The translations under genes were made by a program, and so were the position numbers. A stretch of DNA of 64,000 nucleotides, taken from positions 96,001-160,000 of the forward strand of contig CAVWBU010000015.1 of assembly GCA_963753345.1 (NCBI GenBank), in the 5' to 3' direction. Below the pieces are notes generated by a model that did not search any database, was not told the origin of the DNA, and saw only the letters and a list, made by a program, of their open reading frames with translations. This document shows positions 9,013 through 18,799 of this stretch, piece by piece; position 1 is the first letter of the stretch; each line of letters starts with the position of its first letter. This DNA is from an uncultured Fibrobacterota bacterium. Its GTDB lineage: Bacteria; Fibrobacterota; Chitinivibrionia; Chitinivibrionales; FEN-1185.

Positions 9013-10485
9013 ATGTCATCACCTATTCGCGTCAGATTTGCTCCATCACCCACAGGATACCTCCATGTGGGCGGGGCGAGGACCGCGCTGTTCAATTACC
9101 TTTTTGCAAAGCACAGCGGCGGGACGTTTATTCTCCGGATCGAAGACACCGACCGGTCCCGTTTCGTCGAAGGCGCACTCAGGGAAATCTACGACGGTCC
9201 TGCATGGCTCGGCCTTTCGTGGGACGAGGGGCCGGATGTGGGCGGCAATTTCGGCCCCTATGTCCAATCGGAGCGCCTCGACCTCTATCAGAAATACGCG
9301 GGAGATCTTCTGGACAGGGGTTTGGCCTACCGTTGCTTCTGCACCCCGCAGCGTCTCGAAGAGGTGAGGCGTGACCGCGAAAAGGCAAAGATGCTTACCG
9401 GGTATGATCGGCATTGCCGCGACCTAGACAAAGAGGAAGTCGCAAACAGCCTGAAGGAAGGGAAGAAGTACACGGTCAGGCTTAAGGTTCCCCTGGACAG
9501 AAACATTGTGTTTAGCGACATGATAAGGGGGTCCATAGAATACAAAAGCGATGTGCTCGACGACCTTGTTCTCCTCAAGTCGGACGGGTTTCCCACCTAC
9601 CATCTCGCAAACGTGGTTGACGATCACGAAATGAAAATATCGCATGTGCTGCGCGGCGACGAGTGGATTTCGTCAACGCCGCGCCACATCCTGCTGTACG
9701 AGGCATTCGGATGGACGCCGCCCGCGTTCGCGCACATGCCCGTGATACTCGACCCGTCCGGTGGAAAACTGTCAAAACGCAAGGGCGCGGCGTCGGTGAC
9801 GGATTACCGGAACAGGGGCATCCTGCCGGAGGCGCTGTTCAATTTTCTGGCGCTGCTCGGCTGGTCGCCGGGCGGCGGCGACGAGCGCGAGAAAATGACG
9901 CGCCAGGAAATCATCGAGGCATTCGCGCTCGACAAGATTTCTCCCAAGGCCGCGGTGCTCGACGAAAAGAAGCTCGACTGGATGAACGGACGGTACATGG
10001 CCGAATATCCCGCTGAGCGGCTTGTTGCTGATGTCTGCAGGCTGTGGAAGGAAAAGCAGACCATTGCCCCGGACAGGAGCGAAAGCGACCCGTACCTGCT
10101 CGCCGTGGTGCGAATGTTCAAGGACAGGTCAAAGCGCATTAACGAAATCGCTGATAATTCAGTGTATTTTTTTCACGATCCGGCGACATATGAGGAAAAG
10201 GCAGCCACGAAACATTTCACATTGCAGGCGGCAGAAATTCTGGAAATGTTGGCTGATAAGATAGCTGTGCTTGAACCCTATTCCAAGGATTCGCTTGATG
10301 CTCTTATTCATGCTTGCGCTTCTGATACGGGTTCACAGATAGGAGATCTTATTCATCCGACAAGACTGGCCGTGAGCGGCGTGAGTTTTGGACCGGGGTT
10401 GTTTGAGATGATGGAAACTATAGGTAAAGAAACTGTGGTGAGGAGAATAAGAAAGGCAATTGATAAAATAAGAAAGAAAGATTGA
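9013..10485 (+). CDS. gltX: Glutamate--tRNA ligase
   Basis: RVRFAPSPTGYLHVGG, RIEDTD, PTYHLANVVDDH, RGDEW, KLSKR. Confidence 0.97.
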   Translation: MSSPIRVRFAPSPTGYLHVGGARTALFNYLFAKHSGGTFILRIEDTDRSRFVEGALREIYDGPAWLGLSWDEGPDVGGNFGPYVQSERLDLYQKYAGDLLDRGLAYRCFCTPQRLEEVRRDREKAKMLTGYDRHCRDLDKEEVANSLKEGKKYTVRLKVPLDRNIVFSDMIRGSIEYKSDVLDDLVLLKSDGFPTYHLANVVDDHEMKISHVLRGDEWISSTPRHILLYEAFGWTPPAFAHMPVILDPSGGKLSKRKGAASVTDYRNRGILPEALFNFLALLGWSPGGGDEREKMTRQEIIEAFALDKISPKAAVLDEKKLDWMNGRYMAEYPAERLVADVCRLWKEKQTIAPDRSESDPYLLAVVRMFKDRSKRINEIADNSVYFFHDPATYEEKAATKHFTLQAAEILEMLADKIAVLEPYSKDSLDALIHACASDTGSQIGDLIHPTRLAVSGVSFGPGLFEMMETIGKETVVRRIRKAIDKIRKKD

Positions 10486-10488
10486 TTT

Positions 10489-10836
10489 GGTGGGGGAAGT
10501 TTCCCCCTGCCTGCGGCCCTACGGTCCTCCGGCACCCCCTCGTGGGTGGCCCCCAAGGAAGTTGATTTGCAAGAAAGATGCCTCGGTTGGGGGGCACCCA
10601 CGAAGAGCGGCTGTAGTTAATAATCAAATGACAAGAGGTTAATTCCCTCTTTGTAAGGAAAGCGGGGAAAACCTTCTGTCCGCGCGTTAGGGGCGACTGG
10701 AGGTCCCGCTGAGGCGGGATGCCGCCCGGACCCGGCCCTGTGGGCCATAGGGCCGTGGCGGCCCGAGGGCGGAGCCCGAGACCGGAAGGAGAACCGACCC
10801 GAGCCCGAGCGCAAGCACGGGCGAGGGGAACGCCCA
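10489..10836 (+). repeat. Bipartite structured intergenic element, copy E5 (A 10489-10608, B 10680-10836)
   Basis: Conserved A and B blocks; begins 4 bp after the gltX stop. Confidence 0.9.
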
Positions 10837-10876
10837 GTCTTTCTTACTATACCAAAAAGGAAAAAGAGAGAACATC

Positions 10877-12590
10877 ATGACAGAAGAAAAAGTAAATCAG
10901 ATTGCACCAGAATCCGAAAAACCCGCAAACTTCATCCGCGAGATCATCGCGCAGGACCTCGCATCGGGCAAGGTGAAGAAAGTGGTAACGAGGTTCCCGC
11001 CCGAGCCCAACGGCTATCTGCACATCGGACACGCCAAGGCCATAAGCATAGATTTCGGAATGGCCATGGAATTCGGCGGCGAATGCCACCTACGCTACGA
11101 CGACACCAACCCGAGCAAGGAAGACCAGGAATATGTGGACGCCATCCAGCAGGACGTACGGTGGCTCGGCTACGACTGGGGAAAGCACCTCTATTATGCG
11201 TCCGATTACTTCCAGCAGATGTACGAGTGGGCGGTGCACATGATAAAGGCCGGCACGGCATACGTGTGCGACCTTTCTGCCGACCAGATGCGCGAGTACC
11301 GGGGCACGCTTACGCAGCCGGGAAAAGAAAGCCCGTATCGCAACCGCACCGTAGTGGAGAACCTCGATCTGTTCGAGCGCATGCGCAAAGGGGAGTTTCC
11401 GGACGGCTCCCGTACCCTCCGGGCAAAAATAGACATGGCATCGCCGAACCTTAACATGCGCGACCCCGCCATGTACCGCATCGTCAAGAAACCCCATCAT
11501 CGCCAGGGCGATGCATGGTGCATCTATCCAATGTACGACTGGGCCCAGGGCAACGAGGACGCCATAGAAGGGCGTCACGCATTCCCTCTGTTCGCTCGAA
11601 TTCGAGAACCACCGGCCGCTGTACGACTGGTTCTTAAAACATGCGCCGGTGCCGTGCATTCCCCAGCAGCGGGAGTTCGCGCGTCTCAATCTCACCTATA
11701 CCGTCATGAGCAAGCGCAAACTGCTCCAGCTGGTGGAGGAGAAATATGTAAGCGGCTGGGACGATCCGCGCATGCCGACGATATGCGGCATGCGGCGGCG
11801 CGGGTACGCGCCCGAGGCGATCCGCGCGTTCTGCGAAAAAATCGGCGTTGCCAAACGCGACAGCATGGTCGAGGTTGCCCTGCTAGAGCATTGCGTGCGC
11901 GAAGATCTCAACAGGCGTACGCCGCGTGCCATGGCCGTGCTGCATCCGCTCAAGGTCGTCATCGACAATTATGCGGACGGTAAAACCGAAGAGCTTGACG
12001 CGGTGAACAATCCCGAGGACCCTTCGATGGGGAGCAGGAAGGTTCCGTTCTCGAAAGTGCTTTACATCGAGAAAGAAGATTTCATGCTCGATCCGCCCAA
12101 GAAATTCTTCCGTCTTTCACCCGGCAGGGAAGTGCGGCTTCGGTATGCGTATTTCATCACCTGCACGTCGGTGGAAAAGGATGCCGCGGGTACGGTGACC
12201 GCCGTGCACTGCACTTACGACCCCGCCACGCGGGGCGGTGCCGCGCCCGACGGCCGCTCGCCAAAGTCAACCATGCACTGGGTTTCGGCGCAGCATTCGG
12301 TCTCCGCGGCAATCCGGCTCTACGACTATCTCCTGACAAAGGAAAACCCGGCGGACGTCGCCGAGGGCATGGATTTCAAATCGCTCATCAATCCGCAGTC
12401 GCTCGTCGCGGTGAACGACGCCCGTCTGGAGCCGGCGCTCGCGCATGCAATGCCGGGCGACAGATTCCAGTTCGAGCGGGTGGGATATTTCTGCGCGGAT
12501 ACGGTCGACTCAAAACCGGGGAAACCGGTGTTCAATAGGACGGTGTCGCTGAAGGATACGTGGGCGAAGATACAGAAGAAGCAGAAGTGA
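10877..12590 (+). CDS. glnS: Glutamine--tRNA ligase with an apparent +1 frameshift near 11570-11572
   Basis: [17 protein letters not shown] in ORF 10877; [17 protein letters not shown] and FQFERVGYF in ORF 11649; removing one G restores [24 protein letters not shown]. Confidence 0.92.
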
Positions 12591-12605
12591 AATTCCACAT
12601 AAAAT

Positions 12606-12650
12606 AAAAATCCCGTTTCCCTGCCTTTGCAAGTGGAAACGGGATCTTTT
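12606..12650. terminator. Probable bidirectional intrinsic terminator
   Basis: Stem ATCCCGTTTCC/GGAAACGGGAT flanked by A and T runs between convergent genes. Confidence 0.7.
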
Positions 12651-12683
12651 ATCGGAAACCGCAACCTTCCGGTAAGGCTCTGC

Positions 12684-12989
12684 TTACCAGCGTCCGCCGC
12701 CGCCTCCTCCTCCGAACCCGCCTTTGCCGCGTCCGCCTTCCGGCTTTGGACGGGCCTCATTGACGGTGAGCGCGCGGCCTTCGAGCTCTTTGCCGTTCAT
12801 GGCTGCGATGGCTGCCTGTGCTTCCTGGTCCGAACCCATTTCCACGAAGCCGAACCCCTTTGACCTACCAGAGTCCCGGTCGGTGATGACCTTGGCCGAG
12901 GCTACTGTCCCGAACCCTGCGAACATTTCCTGCAGCGAGCTGTCGCTAACGCTGTAGGGCAGGTTGCCTACATACAACTTGTTACCCAT
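12684..12989 (-). CDS. RNA recognition motif (RRM) RNA-binding protein with Gly-rich tail
   Basis: RNP2 KLYVGNL, RNP1 KGFGFVEM, LTVNEARP. Confidence 0.95.
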   Translation of the reverse strand: MGNKLYVGNLPYSVSDSSLQEMFAGFGTVASAKVITDRDSGRSKGFGFVEMGSDQEAQAAIAAMNGKELEGRALTVNEARPKPEGGRGKGGFGGGGGGGRW

Positions 12990-13150
12990 CGAAACACTCC
13001 TTTAGGGCAGATGGTGACACTGTACGGTTGCCACGGCGATGACTCACCGTGCAACCGCTTTCGTTGATAATATAGTTTCCTCGCGAAGGTAAAGCACTTT
13101 TTTTGATTTTTAGGTGGTTTTTCGGAAATCCGGGTCCGGCGGTTCCGGAT

Positions 13151-14353
13151 CTAGCGGGCGATGAGAAACGGCACAACGCCGATGCGGTTGCCGCACGAAA
13201 AGAATTCCACATAATATGTCCCGGGCCTTATTCCCTTAAGGTCAAGCTCTGCGTATCCACCCCCGTACCCCTGCTTGACAAAAGCAGGTTGTGCAATCAT
13301 GGTTCCCCTTGCATCAACAAGCGTGAACGAAACGCGGCCAATGTCAAGCCCGGTACCGGCGATTCGCCAGCGGCGGGCTCCACAGGAGGTGATGGACAAC
13401 CCGTCGATCGCCGGAGGACGGCCTCCAGATGCAGCGCTGGTCGTTCCCATCACCGCGTCGCGCACTTCGCCGAGGAATTTCGGGACCACGGTGTAGGGGT
13501 CCCCCGAAAGGGCCTCAAGCAGCAGGTACCCGGTAAAACCTCCGGTCCGAAGAATGTTCACCACGTCCGGCAGGTCGTTCTCCACGTTCTGCTTGATGAG
13601 GAAATTCGTCGCATACGGCAAGGCGGCCGCGAGGTCGGCGTCCAGGTTGGCGGTGACGAAAGAGCCGGTGTCGAGAAGGACGCCGAAATTTGAAGAGTTT
13701 ACGAGTCCGACGAGCGTGATGATCTGTGCCGCCGTGGTGAGCAGGTCGGCGTGGTTCTGCACCACGATTTTCACACCGTAAGGTTGCGCGTAGTCGGCGC
13801 ACTGCTTCATGCAATCGGCCGTCCAGGCTGCGACCTCGTTCCAACTGTTCGCCGAGCCCGAAGGCAGGGGCCCGCAGAAGACGCGCAGCACGGGCGCGCC
13901 GAGTTTGGCCGCCACGCCGACCCAGTTCTTGACAAGCTGGACATCCGCAGCGCGGGCCGCCGCGTCGGTGGAGGCGAAGTTGTCGTTTACCCCGGTGCCG
14001 CTGATGGCGATGCCCGACGCGGCGGCCTTGTCCTTGACACTCGCGATATATGCGTCGGAGGGAACGGCCGGGTATCCCGGGAAGTAGTATCCCTGCATGT
14101 CGATGGCGTCGAACCCGTTTGTTTTGCAGAAGTCAATTGCGTCGGCAAGGGTCATTCCCGGCGATACGCCGTTTGCGCCGTTGGTGAGCAACGTGTTGAA
14201 AGAATAACAGTTGAGGCTGATCTTGTAGGGCCCGCCGTAATAAGATACGGCAAGGGAGCTCTGAGCGAACGCACTCCGCGCGTACAATGGCATTCCCATC
14301 GCAGCGGCAAGCGGCACCAGCGATGCGGCGGAGACGAATTCTCTTCTGTTCAT
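13151..14353 (-). CDS. Sugar phosphate isomerase/epimerase (xylose-isomerase-like TIM barrel) with Tat signal and T9SS-like C-terminal domain
   Basis: MNRREFV Tat motif; KISLNCYSF, AAKLGAPVLRVFCG, QNH, LLDTGSF; C-terminal PGTYYVEF. Confidence 0.8.
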   Translation of the reverse strand: MNRREFVSAASLVPLAAAMGMPLYARSAFAQSSLAVSYYGGPYKISLNCYSFNTLLTNGANGVSPGMTLADAIDFCKTNGFDAIDMQGYYFPGYPAVPSDAYIASVKDKAAASGIAISGTGVNDNFASTDAAARAADVQLVKNWVGVAAKLGAPVLRVFCGPLPSGSANSWNEVAAWTADCMKQCADYAQPYGVKIVVQNHADLLTTAAQIITLVGLVNSSNFGVLLDTGSFVTANLDADLAAALPYATNFLIKQNVENDLPDVVNILRTGGFTGYLLLEALSGDPYTVVPKFLGEVRDAVMGTTSAASGGRPPAIDGLSITSCGARRWRIAGTGLDIGRVSFTLVDARGTMIAQPAFVKQGYGGGYAELDLKGIRPGTYYVEFFSCGNRIGVVPFLIAR

Positions 14354-14374
14354 GGTGTCTCCAATCCTGCGATG

Positions 14375-17155
14375 CTACTGCACCACCACAATTCGTTTTG
14401 CAATGGAGAATTGCCCGTCGGCGACACACCGCACGATGTAAACCCCGTTGCCGACGGTGCCGGTCGCCGAAGCACCGGGCAACTGAATGGAATGCCATCC
14501 CTGTGCGCGCGGTGCTGAAGGCATGCGCACAACTGCTCTTCCGTTCGCGCCGAGCACTTCGACCGTCACGTTCGCCTGCCTGCCGATAAAATACCGGATG
14601 ATGCCTCCATGCGCGGCTACGTTAAATGCGGGCAAAGAAGCATTGTCGAGCTGCTGCACAGTCCGTCCGAATGAAACCGCAGTGTAGTCCGGCACAGGAT
14701 ATACCGTGTACGCGGCGGTGGCCGTGCCGTTGAGGCCCACGCCCGTCGCCGAAACCGTGACCATTCCCGCATCAAACGTAGAGCGCACTGCGATCTTGCA
14801 CATGCCGCCCTCGGCAAGCATGTACGGATCGCCGGGATTGGCGCCGGCGTCCTGATTGGCGCCGCCGCGGTAGGTGCAGGGCCCGGAAACGCTGAAGTTG
14901 ATCTGGTTGGTTGCCGTGGGAACCCAGAGGTTGGTTGCATCCGCAACGGTTGCAAGGATAAACGCGCAGTCGGAACCGTTGGCCGTTATCTTGAACACCT
15001 CGCCGTTCGGCTTGACAAGCGGCGGTTCAACGGTGAGCAGGACATGGTCGGCCGCGCCGGCGGTCTTCTTCTCGTCAAAGCAGACCGTGTTGCCCGCAGA
15101 GTCCAGGCCTTCGGCCCGGAGCGTCCCCGCCGCCCACGTCACGTTGTCCCACCAGCACTGGTACGGCAATGACGTGGACGTGTTCGTCTTATCGTCGTTG
15201 TCGGTCAATTCGGGATTGGGCTTTTTCACGCCGAGACTTGTGCCGTTCAAAAGGAGCCGCACGCTGTCGCAATTGCTGAAAACGTTGACCCGTACAACGC
15301 CCGTCCGGTTCCAATGATGGGCGATGGCAACCGAGGGTTTTACCTTATAGGGTATCCATGCGGCCCTGTAGATGTAATAGATGAATTTCGGGATGCGGCT
15401 GAAATCCATGATCGACGTTCCGAACGACCTGCCCAAGCCGGTTTCGCCCGGCGACTCTGCCAAATACCAGTGCGCCAGGCCGAACGCGTTCGCCTTGATG
15501 TCGTTCTTCCAGTTCTGCAAATATTCGCCGGCAAACAAGAGCTCGTTGTCGTAGTCGTAACGGAACCCCTTGGTGCCCCATCCCTCCGCGCCCCAGCCCG
15601 GGAAATCGGTGCACAGCGAGTTGAGCTTCTGGCCGGCTTCGCATCCTGTCAATGAGCACGAGATCAGGTCGGAAACCTTGTCCTGGCAGGCGCGCAGATA
15701 CCCGCGGTCCGACTGCGGGTGCTGCGTGATGGGGTCCCACAGTTTCGCGAGGTCTTTGAGCGACTGGGCATAGCTCGCGGTGATGCCGGCGTTGCTCACT
15801 TCCCAGGCGAGAATGCTCGGGTTGTTCCGGTCGCGCACGATCATGTCGCGGTGGCATTCGTTCTTGAGCAGGCACGAGGGTTCGGTGCCGGTCACGGTCG
15901 CAAACGACCCTTCGCCTTCGCCGCTGGGCTGGACGATCATGACGCCGTACGCGTCGCCGGCCTCCACCAGCTCGCGGCTGTGGCATGAATGACCCGGTCT
16001 CCAGAGCCTGGCGCCGCATGCCGCGGCAAGCTTGACGTCGCGCCACTGCTGTTCCTCGGGTACGGCCGAACCGAGCGCGGGATAGTCGTAGCGGCTGGCC
16101 ACTCCCCACAGGTAATGCTGATGGCCGTTGATATAGGGGAAATTGATGTCCCAGGTGATCACCCGGATGCCCAGCGGGCTCTGGAAGACGTCGACCGTGG
16201 TATTCCCGACTTTCACGATGTGAAAGACTTTGTAGAGGTACGGCGTGCCCCATGGGCTGTTTGCCGGATACCACAGGTGCGGGTTCGGAATGTCGCCGGA
16301 CTGGTCGAACACGAAACTTGAGTCCGCGGCGATTGACTGCGAGCTTGTCTTTGTCAAGACAACCGTGTTGGCCGAGTCAACCACCTTCGTAGTGAGCGTG
16401 ACCACCTCGGCCGCGCCGCTTTCATTCTGAACATTGGTCATCATCCTCACCGTGGCCGAGGCATCGGTGGCCGAGACCGTGCCCACGCAGGTGCCCCATT
16501 TATTGACAACCGAATACACGTTCTGCGGAACATACACCTTGTCGGTGATGTGCATCCACACGGGCCGGAACAGCCCCCCGTCATTCTGGCCGAATCTGAA
16601 CGACATGGAGAAATTCGGGTCGGCAAAGAGCACGCCGGCATTACTGCTGATGCGCACCGCAAGAACGTTGTCGGCGCCGCCGAACGTCACCTTGCCGGTG
16701 ACGTCAACGATAAACGGGATGAACCCGATCACGTGCGTTGCCTGAGGGTTCACCACGCTGTTACCGGGGATAAAGGTGCCGTTGATGTACACCGCGCAAC
16801 CCACATGCGCGCCCTCGAACTCGATGAAGATGTTTCTTGACGCATAGGCGTTATCGAGCGTGAAGTGCTTCCGATACCAGGCCATGCCGCTCCAGGCGCC
16901 GCCCGTGCCTGCCGCTGTATTGGTGTAGGTGTCCATGTCGTTCCAGCAGTGGGGAATGCCCACCGTGGTCCAGCCCACGTCGCTGAACGTTGGTGCCTGG
17001 GCGCCCACGGGATCGCTCTTGGTGAACTTCCAGGGCGTTGCGCCCATGTTGATCTTCACCCGGTTGCTCGGTTCGCCGGTGTAGATTTCGGCCATGCAAA
17101 CAGAAATGGCTGCTGACAGAATAAGAAACGCGCTTGTAAGCAGGCGGATCCTCAT
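14375..17155 (-). CDS. Secreted glycoside hydrolase family 2-like protein with C-terminal sorting-like domain
   Basis: WYRKHF, IEFEG, GGLFRPVWM, LWYP..PYLY, RDMIVRDRNNPSILAWE, WAAGTLRAEG; C-terminal GNGVYIVR; ATG at 17155 with signal peptide. Confidence 0.85.
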   Translation of the reverse strand: MRIRLLTSAFLILSAAISVCMAEIYTGEPSNRVKINMGATPWKFTKSDPVGAQAPTFSDVGWTTVGIPHCWNDMDTYTNTAAGTGGAWSGMAWYRKHFTLDNAYASRNIFIEFEGAHVGCAVYINGTFIPGNSVVNPQATHVIGFIPFIVDVTGKVTFGGADNVLAVRISSNAGVLFADPNFSMSFRFGQNDGGLFRPVWMHITDKVYVPQNVYSVVNKWGTCVGTVSATDASATVRMMTNVQNESGAAEVVTLTTKVVDSANTVVLTKTSSQSIAADSSFVFDQSGDIPNPHLWYPANSPWGTPYLYKVFHIVKVGNTTVDVFQSPLGIRVITWDINFPYINGHQHYLWGVASRYDYPALGSAVPEEQQWRDVKLAAACGARLWRPGHSCHSRELVEAGDAYGVMIVQPSGEGEGSFATVTGTEPSCLLKNECHRDMIVRDRNNPSILAWEVSNAGITASYAQSLKDLAKLWDPITQHPQSDRGYLRACQDKVSDLISCSLTGCEAGQKLNSLCTDFPGWGAEGWGTKGFRYDYDNELLFAGEYLQNWKNDIKANAFGLAHWYLAESPGETGLGRSFGTSIMDFSRIPKFIYYIYRAAWIPYKVKPSVAIAHHWNRTGVVRVNVFSNCDSVRLLLNGTSLGVKKPNPELTDNDDKTNTSTSLPYQCWWDNVTWAAGTLRAEGLDSAGNTVCFDEKKTAGAADHVLLTVEPPLVKPNGEVFKITANGSDCAFILATVADATNLWVPTATNQINFSVSGPCTYRGGANQDAGANPGDPYMLAEGGMCKIAVRSTFDAGMVTVSATGVGLNGTATAAYTVYPVPDYTAVSFGRTVQQLDNASLPAFNVAAHGGIIRYFIGRQANVTVEVLGANGRAVVRMPSAPRAQGWHSIQLPGASATGTVGNGVYIVRCVADGQFSIAKRIVVVQ

Positions 17156-17361
17156 AACGGTTTTCCTCCGGTTTGTGGGCGGGCGAGGCTCCTGTCGGAA
17201 GATGACGCCGATTGCGGGTGAGCAGCCATCCCCGGCGGCTTCTCCATAATATAAGAGAAAACCATTGCGGGTTCCTGGGAAAACTTGCGCGTTTGGTAAG
17301 GAACTGGTTTCACGGGGCAATCGCGGCTGCACGCCGCGAACTATTTTGAACAACCGATGCC

Positions 17362-17922
17362 ATGAAATCCTCCTCTTCATCCATTTTGCTTCGCGCTGTC
17401 GTCCGTCATCCACTCACCGATGTCACGCTTTTTGCAGGACAAACCGCATCCGGCATGGTTGTGGCGGGCATTTGCTTCGGCATGGTCAGGTCGCTTGGTC
17501 GACAACATGCGCAGGACTCGACAATACCCGAATTGCAGGAGTGGACCGGATTTGTAAAGGATTTCCTATCCGGTGGTGTGCGGTCGCTCAAAGAATTACC
17601 GCTGGATTTCACAGGATTCACGCCATTTGCAAAATCAGTTGCCGCCGCGTGCCAAAGAATTTCTTATGGCGCCACGGTGTCGTACTCACAGCTTGCCGCA
17701 ATGGCAGGACACCCGGATGCCGTCCGCGCTGCAGCATCGGTAATGCGAAATAATAGGTTTCCGCTGGCCGTGCCTTGCCACCGGGTGATTGCGAAGAATG
17801 GACGACCTGGCGGATTCATGGGGACAAGAACGGGCAAGCCTCTAGCGCTCAAGGCGGCACTGCTCGATATGGAACGAAAGGCCCTCGGTTTCCGTTCCCT
17901 TACAAAAAACCTGGCTCCCTGA
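17362..17922 (+). CDS. ogt: Methylated-DNA--protein-cysteine methyltransferase
   Basis: ISYGATVSYSQLA, VRAAAS, active-site VPCHRVI. Confidence 0.9.
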   Translation: MKSSSSSILLRAVVRHPLTDVTLFAGQTASGMVVAGICFGMVRSLGRQHAQDSTIPELQEWTGFVKDFLSGGVRSLKELPLDFTGFTPFAKSVAAACQRISYGATVSYSQLAAMAGHPDAVRAAASVMRNNRFPLAVPCHRVIAKNGRPGGFMGTRTGKPLALKAALLDMERKALGFRSLTKNLAP

Positions 17923-17954
17923 CCAACTGCCCACAAAAATTACTAAGAACAGTA

Positions 17955-17983
17955 TTGAAAATCGTGCACTGTAGTGGTATAAT
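17955..17983 (+). promoter_or_regulatory. Candidate sigma70 promoter
   Basis: TTGAAA-17 bp-TATAAT with extended -10 TG, upstream of the PilZ gene. Confidence 0.55.
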
Positions 17984-18041
17984 CATTCTGCCGGTATACA
18001 GACCGTTGCCGGCATAGCACACTTTTCCCCTTGGCGCGTCA

Positions 18042-18425
18042 ATGAACATGGAGCCGGTTATGGCAAAGCGTGAATCCGCCCACGATCGACGAATTCACCC
18101 GAGACTTCCCTGCAATTCGTCGCCTTTTCAGGTGTCTTTCAGGTGCAACGGCGGGGACATGTCGGCATTTGTCGAGGATATTTCGTCCATGGGCGCCAGG
18201 CTGCGCATGAATAAGGCATCGGAGCACATTCCTTTTCTCATCCAGGGGGAGTTTACCTACACGTTTCATACCGCGCTCGGTCCCACGCAATGCAAGGCGA
18301 AAACAGTGTGGGTGCAGCGCAAGGGCGTTGAATTCTTCTGGGGTGTGGAGTTCCTGAGGCTCGACTCAAACGACAACAATCCCCTCAACGTTATTATCAA
18401 GGATTTAAGCACGCAGGCGATGTGA
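18042..18425 (+). CDS. PilZ domain protein
   Basis: RRIHPR (RxxxR) and DISSMG (DxSxxG) motifs, GVEF. Confidence 0.85.
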   Translation: MNMEPVMAKRESAHDRRIHPRLPCNSSPFQVSFRCNGGDMSAFVEDISSMGARLRMNKASEHIPFLIQGEFTYTFHTALGPTQCKAKTVWVQRKGVEFFWGVEFLRLDSNDNNPLNVIIKDLSTQAM

Positions 18426-18521
18426 GGTGAAAAGTTGAGGAGTTGAGAAGTTAAAACGGGAATGCTGCAGGCTCGTATCGGCTGTCCGGAAGAAATTTCC
18501 TCTAGCTTCTTCTTCCGAAAT

Positions 18522-18712
18522 AACCTCACCCCCGGCCCCTCTCCGCCCGGAGAGGGGAGAAGCAAAAGAACAAAAAAAGGTATTTGGAAAGGCGCGGTCT
18601 AACCGAAATCAGGTTCCCCAACGATGAAATCTTGAATGATGCCAAAGGTGCTTCAAAAAATAGGTGCCCGAAAATTCCCCTCTCCGGGCGGAGAGGGGCC
18701 GGGGGTGAGGTT
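18522..18712. repeat. REP-like doublet: perfect 37-bp inverted repeat with internal palindrome
   Basis: AACCTCACCCCCGGCCCCTCTCCGCCCGGAGAGGGGA 18522-18558 and its exact reverse complement 18676-18712. Confidence 0.9.
18578..18662 (+). pseudogene. Remnant of a DUF559 (Vsr-like) endonuclease C-terminus
   Basis: Translates RYLERRGLTEIRFPNDEILNDA, then KVLQKI in a shifted frame; matches the DUF559 tail pattern YL...G..V.RF.N.EV....VL..I. Confidence 0.6.
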
Positions 18713-18736
18713 CCAACGGATGTACAAGGTGGTTGC

Positions 18737-18778
18737 AAAAAAAAGGATCTCCGGAGTGTAAAGCTTTGGAGATCCTTT
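18737..18778 (-). terminator. Intrinsic terminator downstream of the PFOR gene
   Basis: Stem AAAGGATCTCC/GGAGATCCTTT; A-run gives a U-tract on the minus strand. Confidence 0.7.
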
Positions 18779-18799
18779 CTCGTTTCAAAACCTGTAGCT

